This document shows, one piece after another, positions 23,899 to 35,271 of a stretch of 64,000 nt of DNA. A program made the translations under genes and the position numbers. Each line of letters starts with the position of its first letter. Within the stretch, counting starts at the first letter, position 1. Below the pieces are notes generated by a model. That model did no database searches and was not told where the DNA came from. It saw only the letters and a program-made list of their open reading frames with translations. Source of the DNA: Acanthaster planci (Eukaryota); the NCBI RefSeq assembly GCF_001949145.1, contig NW_019091359.1:1562540-1626539 (forward strand). The letters are read 5' to 3'.

Positions 23899-24960
23899 TC
23901 ATTTCATCTTATCGAGGGAATCTCTGCAGTCTTGCCGAAACCGTTTGTTGGCCAGGCCGTAGATGAATGGATTGATGGCATGATTTAGACATAGAAGGCT
24001 GAGAAAACAGCGGAGGAAATCAAAATGCACGCCGAATATGGCACGCGTAAGATTAGCCCAGTAGGGCACCCAGGACAACAGAAACACCACGCTAGTGACG
24101 AAGAGCATGGTAGTGGTTCGTCGCTGCAGTCTTGGCGCCTCAACCACCCGCCGTTGCTCGTTCCTAGCCTGTCGATGCTCATCTATAGCGCAGGTATCGA
24201 CCTCATACCGCTGCTTCGAGCCATATCACGGTTGTTTGACCTGCGCTGCTGCGAACGGGCTTGCTCTGGATCGATGCTTGGAAGACGGCCGAGTGAGACT
24301 GCCATCGCTCATTAACACGAAGGCAGACCCAGCTGAAATGGCTAAAGAAACCTGGGCCGTTCCCTGATGAGAATTGTCTACAGACGCCAGTCCAGTTTTA
24401 ACGTGTTTATTACGTACTTAAAAAGACCAGGCTGTAACAATCTAAAATGGTTAAAGAAAACAGCAACAAAGACAGCGATATCCAGCCCGTACTTGACACA
24501 ACGCAGGGGTAGCGAAGACTTGCCTTCCATTTCCACAATAGTGTTAAAGGGATATTCACCGTCACGGATAAAGGAAGGGCAACCATCAGAGCTCACTTAG
24601 ATCGTCTAGGCGTCAGGACGAGCCGGCTGGAGCGGCACACGCAGTCGTAGCAGTCCGCTGCAATCATCGTTGTTATAAGGATGGAAGTTACGATGGTAGT
24701 TTGGTACAAACTGCCCAGCTGATTGAACAGATTGGCACATTTACCCCGGTCAGTTGAAAAGAGTACCAGACGATATCGTAAGGCCGTTCTAGACCGACAA
24801 TCAGGTCAGCTAAGGCGAGTCCCATGATAAGTATGTTGGTGGTTGACTTGTGCGATATGCTCCAGTAAACCCGGAGGATGAGACAGTTACCAGGCACATC
24901 TACGGCAACGATGAAAACAAAATAAACCAGGGAGGGTCAATGCCCTGACGATAGCATGTC
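23899..24960 (-). pseudogene. GPCR pseudogene of the same family
   Basis: Fragments in different frames: VPGNCLILRVYW...LALADLIV; IAADCYDCVCRSSR...RRSK* (DRY changed to DCY, in-frame stop); LQRRTTTMLFVTSVVFLLSWVPYW...NHAINPFIYGLANKRFRQDC. The 5' limit is approximate. Confidence 0.88.
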
Positions 24961-26910
24961 CCCCTGTAATTAGAGAAGATGCAGTAGTATTCAGATCAGA
25001 TACAGCCGATTTTCATTTGCAATTTTCCTCTTACAACTCACCGAGTTGCAAGATCTGTCCCAAATATTTACTTTGCAGTAATATTCACTACAAAACTAGT
25101 AAAGTAAGGCTCTAAGTGAACTGTAAAACATTACACCCAAACTCAAGATTTACAATGCCATTGGCCCAGATTCGGAAAAGAGTTGATCTCTTGTCATTTA
25201 AAGAAGTCTTTTCAACGGTGGACACAAATTATCGGAACGAACAGTCGGCTAAAAACTGTTCACTACCCCCAATCTTCAGACAGCACAGGCCACCAATTCC
25301 CGCCAAGATGTAGCCAACTTTTGGCGTAGCGCGATCCTCTGACTCGTGGTGAGTCCCCGTGAATGCAATTATTATAATTCATGACTGCAAGGAACCGGGC
25401 ACGAGCTCGAGAGACAAGTTACTGTAGTAACGACATTGCTCTGTTTAGATACCTCGTAGAGCGCAGTACGACCCCATTGTGGCGTTGTCATGGGCGCTTG
25501 GCTGAATAAAATAAGTAGTTTGATTTTCTTTTCGCCAATTAGGGTTTTTATCAATTGTTTTCACGTTTTCTCTCCAAAATATCGTACAATAAACTAGGCG
25601 TAATTGTGATCGAATTCATCATTTGTTACTTCAATTCAGACGTGTTATACCAGAAGGACAATAATATGCGGCATTTTGTTGTGCTCCATTTTTGTGTAAG
25701 TGCGGCGTGCAAATGTGATGACCGACCTTTGTTATTAACACAAAACACGTACTTGAAATATGGGGTAAACCATTGTCAGATCAGACGATGTTACTGTGAC
25801 GTCACGCCTCTAGATCTCCGGCGGCAGCGTTCTGGACGAGGACACCCTCCCCCTCAGAGTGTGGCGTCGGAAGGCACAAATCAGAGGGTCCCTGAGCAGC
25901 TGGAGACGCATCCGTTAGGATGGAATTGTACCGTCCTGGTCTGGAAACTCCGTTGACTGTGTTGGGCACCAGGAGGTCTGACGTGATTGGCCTGGTGCTT
26001 CGTGACGTAATTAAAACAATACGTGACTTAAACCCTTGGATGCCTGACTTATGTACAACAACATGGTAGTTTCCTTAATGTTCAGGGCGCTGCTAAAGGG
26101 AGGACTGTGTTACTAGACTTCACCCGGAGTGGTGAGTCCCACAACTACTTGTGAGCATCCAATGCCACCGGGACCTGAATAAGATTATAGGGCGATCCAC
26201 CCTTTTAATCGACCGCAGACCTAAGCTTCCACAAGGAACTCTTACCGTACCACCAAATGGCCCCTCAACCTACCAAGCCCCTCAACCTACAAGCCCGTCA
26301 ATGAAACGGCAGGCTACACCACTACGAGGCATATCAAGTCTTACCTAGATTCTGCTGCAACACAGGCCCTACTCGCGTTATATAGCCTCGTTATATGTAA
26401 CCAAGCAGTGATTACCATTGTCCAATAACCTACGCCATCTATAGTTTTATCCTGCGCCATCGCCTAGCGTCCTCTGTCGCGTCACATTACTTTCTCTCAT
26501 CGAAAAATTAATACAATTTCAGAAATTTCATTCGTGAGGAAATTAACAATCGTGTGGAAACAAACGATTTGTCTTTAAGGCAATGCATTGGCTTGGTGCA
26601 GATCACATTTAAAAGTCCTTGCAAAACACAAAATATGAAGAATATGGCGGTTTCTTGAACAACAAGTGATGGAAAAAGCAAGTAATCTCATTGTGACCTG
26701 CCGGAGTGACAGTAACTGTGGACCACGTAACACAAATAATTGTCAACAAGTTAAAATGAGCTACCACGCTTATTAGCTAGACAAAGACGGATCCAGAACG
26801 AGATTTTCGTTGGGGGGGGGCTTGTGCATTCTTCGAGAGTTAATGTTGGGTAACTGGGCTTACTTTTTTCCATTTAAAAAATCACTTCTGTCCTGGAAAA
26901 GTATTGATGT

Positions 26911-27138
26911 TAATTTTGCAAAACTTTCCATTGTCTTCGGCTTTTTAAAGCCATATCGGTACTTTTTGTGGCTGTTCAAAAATCAAATATCCCGAGTTTT
27001 TCCGTGTGTTCGTGTGAAATCCTGACGAGGAGGTGGTGTGTGATCCTGTTCCGAGAACGGTGTTCTTGGGTCGTGTTCCCGCCGTTCAAGCGCGAGAACA
27101 CGAAACCCGTGTCAAGAGCGGACCGCCCGAACTCGACC
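26911..27138. mobile_element. Truncated second copy of the 6004-6469 MITE (right half)
   Basis: Colinear similarity to 6246-6469, e.g. GAGGAGGTGGTGTGTGATCCTGTTCCGAGAA and the terminal CCGCCCGAACTCGACC. Confidence 0.85.
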
Positions 27139-28698
27139 ACCAAGTCGCACAGGGCTGACCAGTCTACATTTGTATTTTAATGATGTCCATAACCCCAAGG
27201 TACCGTCGAGCATCCTTGGTCTGCTACTGCATTTGTCACGTTTGATCAACTCGTTTTTATAAAAAAAAAGAGTTACATATTAGGCAGCAGAAAAAGCTAA
27301 TGTGCCGGACGAAAAGGTAAAGTTAGGAATCCTAATGCATCACTCAGGCTTTGTCAATCATGTCCCCGAGAGAAATGTATTAAGAGGAATCTTAGTGACA
27401 GGCCCTATTAAAAGCATTTCTAAAGCGAAATTTTATCCCGTCGAAAGAGGTGCGTGCCAATTTATAAATTAACAATAATTGATATCGCACAAAATTAGGC
27501 CTGGACAGGACTTCCATTTTCATAGTGTCTTGTAAATTCTCAAAATAAACGCTGAGAATATAGTATCAGTTATAAATAATTTCAGAAATTTCCAGGTGCT
27601 CGAAATTTATGAAACGTACAGGAGGGCGTCCCCTTACCTTATTTATCTTAGTATCGTTTCTGTCAATTGCATTGTGTTCACCGTTTGGCGTTATGTTTGT
27701 CATAACTTTCATCGTCCTACCTCTGTAGATTAATGCATTCATCAATGACCCTCATGATGTCAGCCGCTTCCCCTAGAGTTAACTAACTCGGGCTTAAAAG
27801 CGCATTAGTTATTGAAATTCAACAACCATGAGCTACTTGACTAATACTTGTCTTTGTGTGGAGCTGTTGGGTTCTAATTAATTTAGAAATAGATTGAAAG
27901 CCACTGGAGAGGAAGACTTTGCACGCAATGGCGGGAGTAATCTCGCTCTTTTTTTCTCACTGTTCAGCCAACCTCATCATATTAAAAGTACCTGAGCCGA
28001 GTTTCCCCATGCTCCGTGCTTCAAAGAACGGTTTCCGTCTGGACATAATTTTGAAACGTGAGGTTATTATTTTTGGCTGAATGGAACAATAAGAGCTGAA
28101 CATCATTGTTGGTCACGCAACATCATTTATATCCTTAGAGAGTTTGAAAAGTGATTGCAAACAGTGTAAATACTTGAATTAATATTTAAATAATCATTCA
28201 TTTTTTCATGAAAATAAGTTTTTAATACCTATAAAAGTTAACGAGTTCATAAATATGAAGCAATGGAGAATAAAAGACATTATAGGGTGAGAATCCAAAT
28301 CATACTTTGGTTCAAAAGCCGCATCTTTCCACTCGAAAATGTTAACACAGCGTAGGCCTACTCGTCTCTATTACAACATACTGCCGCCATTTATTACCCT
28401 CCTTCCAACAAGCAACATTTCCCCATGTTTTAAGGCCTATCAAAATTGTACCCTAGAAAAACATACATGTAGTTTAGAATATTCTTTTAGCCACTTGAAA
28501 TACCTAAAAGCTTATAATATGGTGACTGCTAGATACACCGATATTTTATACGAACAGTTGTTTTGGTGCTAAAATCGAAAAAAGACTATGTTCTTTGAAC
28601 GCATACTTTAAGCCTCATTGGAGTAAAGACTGTATCGCCAAAAGAAGAGATGAGCCGAATAAGTACTTGAAAATGTTCTTCTTGTCCACTGGTAGAGC

Positions 28699-29862
28699 CT
28701 ATAAGATTTTTCTTAAACTGTCCCTGCAATCTTGTCTGAAGCGACGATTGGCAAGTCCGTACAGAATAGGATTGATTGCGTTATTTAGGTACAGACAGGT
28801 GTTCATGCGAGAGAGCGCTTGCACGACATTATCATGCACTTTCCACACGCTGTACGTATTCCAGAGTTCCAAAATGGTCCAGATCCAGTATGGCAGCCAT
28901 ACGATCAAGAACACGACGCTTGTCACGAGGAGCATCCGGGTCGTCTTGCTTTGCAAGGAGGACGCGCCGCCTAGGCGTGGTCTCCGGTTCGGCCGACGCC
29001 TGTCACGCCCGGAGCCAGCAGTCGGTGTCCGGTGAGTTCGACGGGGGTAATCCGATGGTCCTTCGGTGTAACTGGCAAGTTCACTCCGCTGCCGAGCTGT
29101 TCCGGGCCCTGTAACAGAACTGTCACAAGCCGCCGGAGCCGACGGTTTCCACAGATTCGAGACCCCGGGGTTGTTGGCCACGGCATGTGAAACGGATTTC
29201 ATTTCCACACCTCTACAATCAGGCGTGACAGCTCTTGCGGAATTCATCGAATCGTTATGCAGCTCTGGCCTGGTCCCGTCTGTCGATATTGATGACCAAA
29301 CGCCAACTTGAACATGACGCCGAATAGTCCTATAAACCTTCGAGTAGCAGAATACTATTAACGCCAGGGCAGAAATATAACAGAGAATCTGAAAACCGTA
29401 GAGCAATGCCTCTATCGACTCTGCTGGTCTGAATATGTTTACCAGAAAAGGAATATTTATACTTGCACCGTAAATTAGACAGCAACCGAAGGCGACTTTT
29501 GCCCACTTGGGGCTCAAAAGTCGCCTGTGCGAACGACAGATACAGTCGTACCGGTCAAATGCTATAACTCCTGTCAGTGTGACTGACGTTGCCACTGCTG
29601 TCTGCAGAAGGAAATGCATAAATGTTAAAAATGTGCCAGGTTTGTCCCCGAGAAGATAAGTGATAGCCGACGCAACTCTCAGAGTCAGAAAGATGCAACT
29701 GAAGAGGTCGGCCCAGGCGAGGCCCAGGATCAAAATGTGGGTGCTACTCTTGCGTTTTTTTACCCAGTACACGCGGAGAATCAGGCAATTTCCTGGGATG
29801 CCGAACAGTATGATAGAGATGTACAACACTAAGCCGACAATGATGCTCGCCGGAGCCTCCAT
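28699..29862 (-). CDS. Single-exon class A orphan GPCR, 387 aa (GPCR-3), very short N-terminus
   Basis: GIPGNCLI, LAWADLF, AFDRYDCICR, LQSKTTRMLLVTSVVFLIVWLPYW, NNAINPILYGLANRRFRQDC. First ATG at 29862; the ORF track starts at a GTG. Confidence 0.92.
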   Translation of the reverse strand: MEAPASIIVGLVLYISIILFGIPGNCLILRVYWVKKRKSSTHILILGLAWADLFSCIFLTLRVASAITYLLGDKPGTFLTFMHFLLQTAVATSVTLTGVIAFDRYDCICRSHRRLLSPKWAKVAFGCCLIYGASINIPFLVNIFRPAESIEALLYGFQILCYISALALIVFCYSKVYRTIRRHVQVGVWSSISTDGTRPELHNDSMNSARAVTPDCRGVEMKSVSHAVANNPGVSNLWKPSAPAACDSSVTGPGTARQRSELASYTEGPSDYPRRTHRTPTAGSGRDRRRPNRRPRLGGASSLQSKTTRMLLVTSVVFLIVWLPYWIWTILELWNTYSVWKVHDNVVQALSRMNTCLYLNNAINPILYGLANRRFRQDCRDSLRKIL

Positions 29863-32800
29863 GTCTGGTCTCCGTCTGCCCACGTTACTGCAACACTTGT
29901 ATGAGGGAGCAGTGCTTATTACAACACTGCCGAGTCGAACTGATGATCACAGCAACCGATCCCAATATGCTTCATATCTCGGGCGTTGTATAGCGTGTCA
30001 TCTCGCGTCGTTTAAGGGAGCAAGCAAACTTTCGCGTCCATTATGGCTAAATGACGAAATCAAACAAGCACCGCATGCGCTGACAATTTTCCCGGAATGC
30101 TAATTGTTGCAGCCGGTTACCAAAGAGATTAGCATTTTGTCAAGCGTCCAAGCACACGGTACTTTAAACCATGCCCCGCTCACAGCGTGCAGAAACGGAA
30201 AGCTGTGGAGGCTTCCGGATGACAATAAATAGAAACAGGAAGTTGAAATCGCATAATTTGATGAGATGACCAGCAGAACCGTCAGTGATTTTTGATTACT
30301 ACAGCTTGATGAATGCGGCGACGTAAGTTCTCCGTCTCTCCGTGCGAGATCGTGTAATTCGCTTCGGCCATTACCATCACATGCAGGTTGTCAAGTTAAT
30401 GACACGTCCTATGTGTTACACATTAACAGAACTGGCTAATGAAAAAAAGAGGGGGGGTAGCGTTTCATTACCATTATATTATCTGAGAATTAGGTTGAAG
30501 GTGAATGCCTCGAGTGATCACAATAATTCTTCGCGGGACTCCTTCCTGCGACTTCGCCTTTACGCTTCTTACCTCCTCTGCATTAGTTTTTCTTCTTCTT
30601 GTCTGGGCGCTATCAAATGGTGATCTGGCTTTATTAATCTCCAGCATAGGCTACATTTAAAGTGTGACACCCATGAAATGATCGAAATGACACCGAGTGC
30701 GGTATTCTACATCCTCTTACGATAATCAAGACGTAGTCTATATATATTTCAAAATCCAGGATATACTCTGCGAATTCTAGCTGTCTTTGTGCGTCACACG
30801 GATGATTGATTACAGACACGCGATAGTATTGAGACCCCATTTAAATGTCGAAAACCCACTATTGGTTTTGATACACATGTAAATCGGTGTGATTGCTTCT
30901 GTCGGTAGTCTTTGGGTAGATGGATGAAGGCGCTGCGTGGGTTGTAATGAGTTCTGATACACACGGCCTTCTCTTCGTCTTGTCAATCAGCAAGGGATGG
31001 GCCTGTCGAATATGGTTTTTGCAATAATTGCTTTTGCTGAGCCAGTCTCGCGTACGCTGTCGCCTCTCGTCACGTCAAGGCGTAACGCACGTACGTTCAC
31101 CCCTTCCGCTTAGTTCGTGCGCATGCGCTAATATTCGGCAAAGTCGAGGTCACTTTCTGTTGCTTGTTAAAATGGCGACGCCAGCCAGCAAATGACTACA
31201 CTAGAATCTATCTGCGGAGATCTTCCACACTGTGAAAACGTTTGCTGAATTTATACCAAAGAAATATAATAAGGCTGCAGATTTAATTTTGTGATGTTTC
31301 TTGTTAATCAAAAGTGACATTTGGGAGAAAATTTGGTGAAAGATGTCTGTGTACGTTACATTTCTGAACGTGAAAAAAAGTGATTTTAAACTTGAAAATT
31401 TGAATTTTTCCCAGTTGGTCCACACATGCTGCATATCCTGATAACTGAAAGAGTGTTTGAAAAAGGTTACCATGTTATGTTTACGCTATAGCGAATTGTC
31501 CTTTGTTAGTTTGATCAATTTCATTTTGGCTCTCTGTCGTCGACCGGTCGGCCATAGTTTACGTGTGCGCATGTGCAAGTTCATGTACTGTACATGTACT
31601 CCGTCAACGCACGTAACTACTACAGACAAAATGATTCTCGTGCAAGATATTAAATTAGCAATAACTTGAAAATACTACCGGTGTTTTTATTAGACATTAA
31701 TTAATACACAGCACTTTATTTTGTTTGTTTGGATAAACAGGAGAAGTTGTTCTAAAATGGAAAAGACCATAGATGTATTTTCTTTCCAATCTGAGTGTGT
31801 TTATTTTTGTACAATTTTTCAAATTTTGTGCAACTGGGTTCATATAATGCGGTGGTTCAATGTTGTCTAATCCATTTCAAGTTATCAGGTTATCTTCGTG
31901 AACTTTAGTTGTTTATGTTTTGTTAAAAAAATTATGATCTTCATCCGCGAAAAGAAATGTCGGGACGATGTTCGACGTCGCCTGCCTTGAAATCAACTGT
32001 AAAGTGATCGAGCACGCATGCGCTTGCTCTCAACTAAGTGGTGCACAAGGGCGTGGGAGTGAACATACGTGAACGGGTGTATGAACTCTCGAGAGAGTTT
32101 GGGCAGTAGGCTAATCCTCCTATTGTTTCGCCCATCTTCGTAGGTTGCAATGCACTTTATTTGAAATAAGCTGTTCTTTTCCCGAATAACGTGGATGCAT
32201 GCATGTGCGACTTTTCATTATCTTGTTCGGATCTTTCATTAACCACCAGTATTTGTATCTTCGGACACTCATTGGACGAAATATGTTGCGATTTGAGTTT
32301 GAATTTATTAAAATATAACAATTAAAACAATCAAGATTAAATATAGTGCCTGGTGAATAAATGTAAGAATTCAGAAAAATGTGTCTCTCAATTCTGAGTA
32401 TTCATGGCAATAAATTTGAGAGCATAAACGTAGTACGCAATTTTGAAAGGGCATGATGTTTCAAGGCTACCAAACTTGGTATCGATCAAAATTCTTCAGG
32501 GAGATTTAATTTACGCAAACAGTTATTAACCCATTTTAATGTGGATGATCTCCCCTATCATTTAAAGTGAAATTCAACATCTGAAATGAAGCTTCAGCTC
32601 TTTACAGTCAACGGCAAATATTAAAAATCATTAATTATTCTCCTCAATCTCAAATCTAATGTGCTATTTAAACGACATCGCAGTTACACAATTTTCCAAC
32701 CGTGACAATTTCACATGATATGCCTGCACAGAAAGAGTTTTATGTTTACAATTTGAAGTGACACAAACTGAAATGACTTCCTCGTGAGGTACTGCGAGGA

Positions 32801-33441
32801 TTTACTTGAAAAGCTGTGGTTTATACTAGTATGATGGCTTTATACAACCGAAGGCGCCAGAGGAGTTGCAGAGTTGTAATTCGAGGATGTTGAATTTTAC
32901 CTCTCAAATCTCGCGTTCTCAAGAACCTTCTGTCCAAAGAAATAGTTCAGATTCTAACTTTTACACGCAATCAACTCATCGGCAATGAAGTTTTTTGTGC
33001 CCATGATCCACAAACAAGCGGCTGCACTGAACTTACAAAATTGTTCAAGGATGAAGTCGGGTCCAATAATATTTAAAAATGTCAAAAAAAGCTAAAATTT
33101 CACCAAGAAGCATAATTCTTGGTACAAATCTCGGCCGTCTTTATTGATAAGAAAATTTGTGTTTCAGAATACCGACAACTTTCTACTTTTATCAAAACTT
33201 GGCAGTTTTGTATGTTGAGAGTTGTGGATCAAACAAGTCGCGTTCAATTCCACAAGGTTGAGAAATGACTCCTACATACTGCGGTATGACGGCACCTACG
33301 ACTTGTAAATTCACAACGCATGTAAAAGGAGAGAACGGGTACCAGGCAAAAGTAGTGTTACTGTTTGGTGCTGAAGAGAGACAAACAACCACACAACACC
33401 TCTAGAGATAAACCGAACATATGGAATCTCCTTTTGCCTAA

Positions 33442-35271
33442 CCCTTTCGGCCCCAGAAGTGCCAGTTCTTTAAACCCTGAAATGTACTGTGCCGTCTCAA
33501 TGCAGAGTAACTTGTTTTGGTTTCCCAGCAGAAATTACGGAAAACAGAACACACTTTCTTTGGTAGAATGCCGCCCCGCTTTGAGAGTTTGAGTGTATAC
33601 AACCTAACGTGCAGTGAATCAAGATTTAGTTTACACGCAGTGTGTGTGAACAGGCATTTCAGTCCAACCCTAATCAGGGAAGCCCCATCTATTACCACTT
33701 CAATGAACAGCTGAATAAGACCTACCAACCTAACTCCTAGTTTTTTCATGTACAGTGCTTCGATGTTTGGTATAAACACTTTGTAAATATTGTTCTTATT
33801 AGTCCTAATATTATTCTTCAATAATGCAGGACTGGATGGCAAGCAACCTCCACTTACCAAAAGCCACTACCTGTGAACTTTACGGAACCGACTGGGTGTA
33901 CCCAGAATTTCAGTCATCTGTCACCCTTACAGGTATTTCAACTCTTCTTCTGTGAAGCAGTTTGGCAATTGCTGGTGAGGGAGACCAACCGATATGCAGA
34001 TCAGACGCTATCTGCAGAATCCGCTAACTCTCAGTGTACTTGGATTCCAACGGATGTTCCTGAAATGATGGCCTTTGTCGCACTGCTGCTCTCGATGGGC
34101 ATCAACCAAAGGCCTAGCTATGCAATGTACTGGTCCAGGTGCGAAGTTCTTCGAAGTCATTTGGATCCGTCGACAATGTCTCGCAACTGATTTACGGCAC
34201 TCTTTCGATTCCTCCACCTTGCCGACAACACAGCAGACGACTCTCCCCGTGACAAACTGTCTAAAGTTCGTCCGCTATTGGACATTGTAGTTCCGTTGTT
34301 TCATAGCATCTATAAGCCCGGACGAAACCTCTCAACAGTAGAACGGTGCGCTATGCCACAAAAGGTATTAAAGACAGTGCAAACCCTAAGAAGGTGCCCA
34401 TGAACCGACATGATCCACTCCACCTTTTCTCTTAAGCGGGGCAACTATGTATTGTTTGGTAGGACACAAAAAAACGTATAACAGTTCTGACTAATTATGG
34501 CAAAAAAAGTCCCACCAGATGTTGTACAATCCAATGACCTGCCGTCGTCAGCGATTATAATAAGTACATGGGCGGAAGTGTCTTAGCATCACAAAGGTCA
34601 GTACTACACGCATCATCAAAGATCCCTGAAATGGTAGAAACGCGTTTGTTTGCAATTCTTGACTTCTGTTTGGTTTATGCTGCCATCGTGGACAACAGCT
34701 AGCATCCTTACAAAGGCCTTCATGAAATCTGAGCGGAAACTCATGTGGCGCAATCTCCAATCAGTCTTGTTGTAGACAAGAATAAATGTAGCACACCCGG
34801 AATAAAAGAAGTTTAATCCTGTGATTTCATCAATGGTTCTTCATGGTTTGGAAAGAGTTCCATGTACGAAGTTCACTCATTTTCCTCCAGATATCCATTA
34901 GTCCCCAGAAATCAGTTAGAGGTTAGGAAAGTCCATTTTAGCAGCGACGGAGTACAAGCTTTTTCAATGAAAACACAATTTTTCAGACCAGTCTCAGAGA
35001 GTTTGTACACAGGGTGTAAAATGAACTTCGTGTATGGAACTCTGTCCCATGATTTTTACCAAAACAACTTCAGTAATATCCTCCTTATTGGATATGATTA
35101 CTATTCGTCAATGGGGTGTCATTGCAAGAGTGGCCTTTCATGATCTCGACTGGTGAGGGCGCTATACACTAAAAGTTGCTTAATTGTGCCTGGTTACCAA
35201 AGGGAACTAGCGTGTAAAATAGAGTGGTAAGGAACCCATGAATGACCAAAGAGGTCTTGAAGCTGATAGGG
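33442..35271 (+). mobile_element. Decayed piggyBac (PGBD4-like, DDE_Tnp_1_7) transposon
   Basis: 33873-34340 reads SPLQVFQLFF...LVRETNRYA...EMMAFVALLLSMG...YWS...MSRN*F...FLHLADN...DKLSKVRPLLD...YKPGRNLS, typical piggyBac transposase blocks with an in-frame TGA. Later fragments IVW*DTKK, VVSDYNKYMGG and RSLKW* (34450-34640). The right end is AGGG|TTAA (35271); a candidate degenerate left end is CTAA|CCCTTTCGGC (33442). Ends are less certain than the transposase remnant. Confidence 0.8.
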
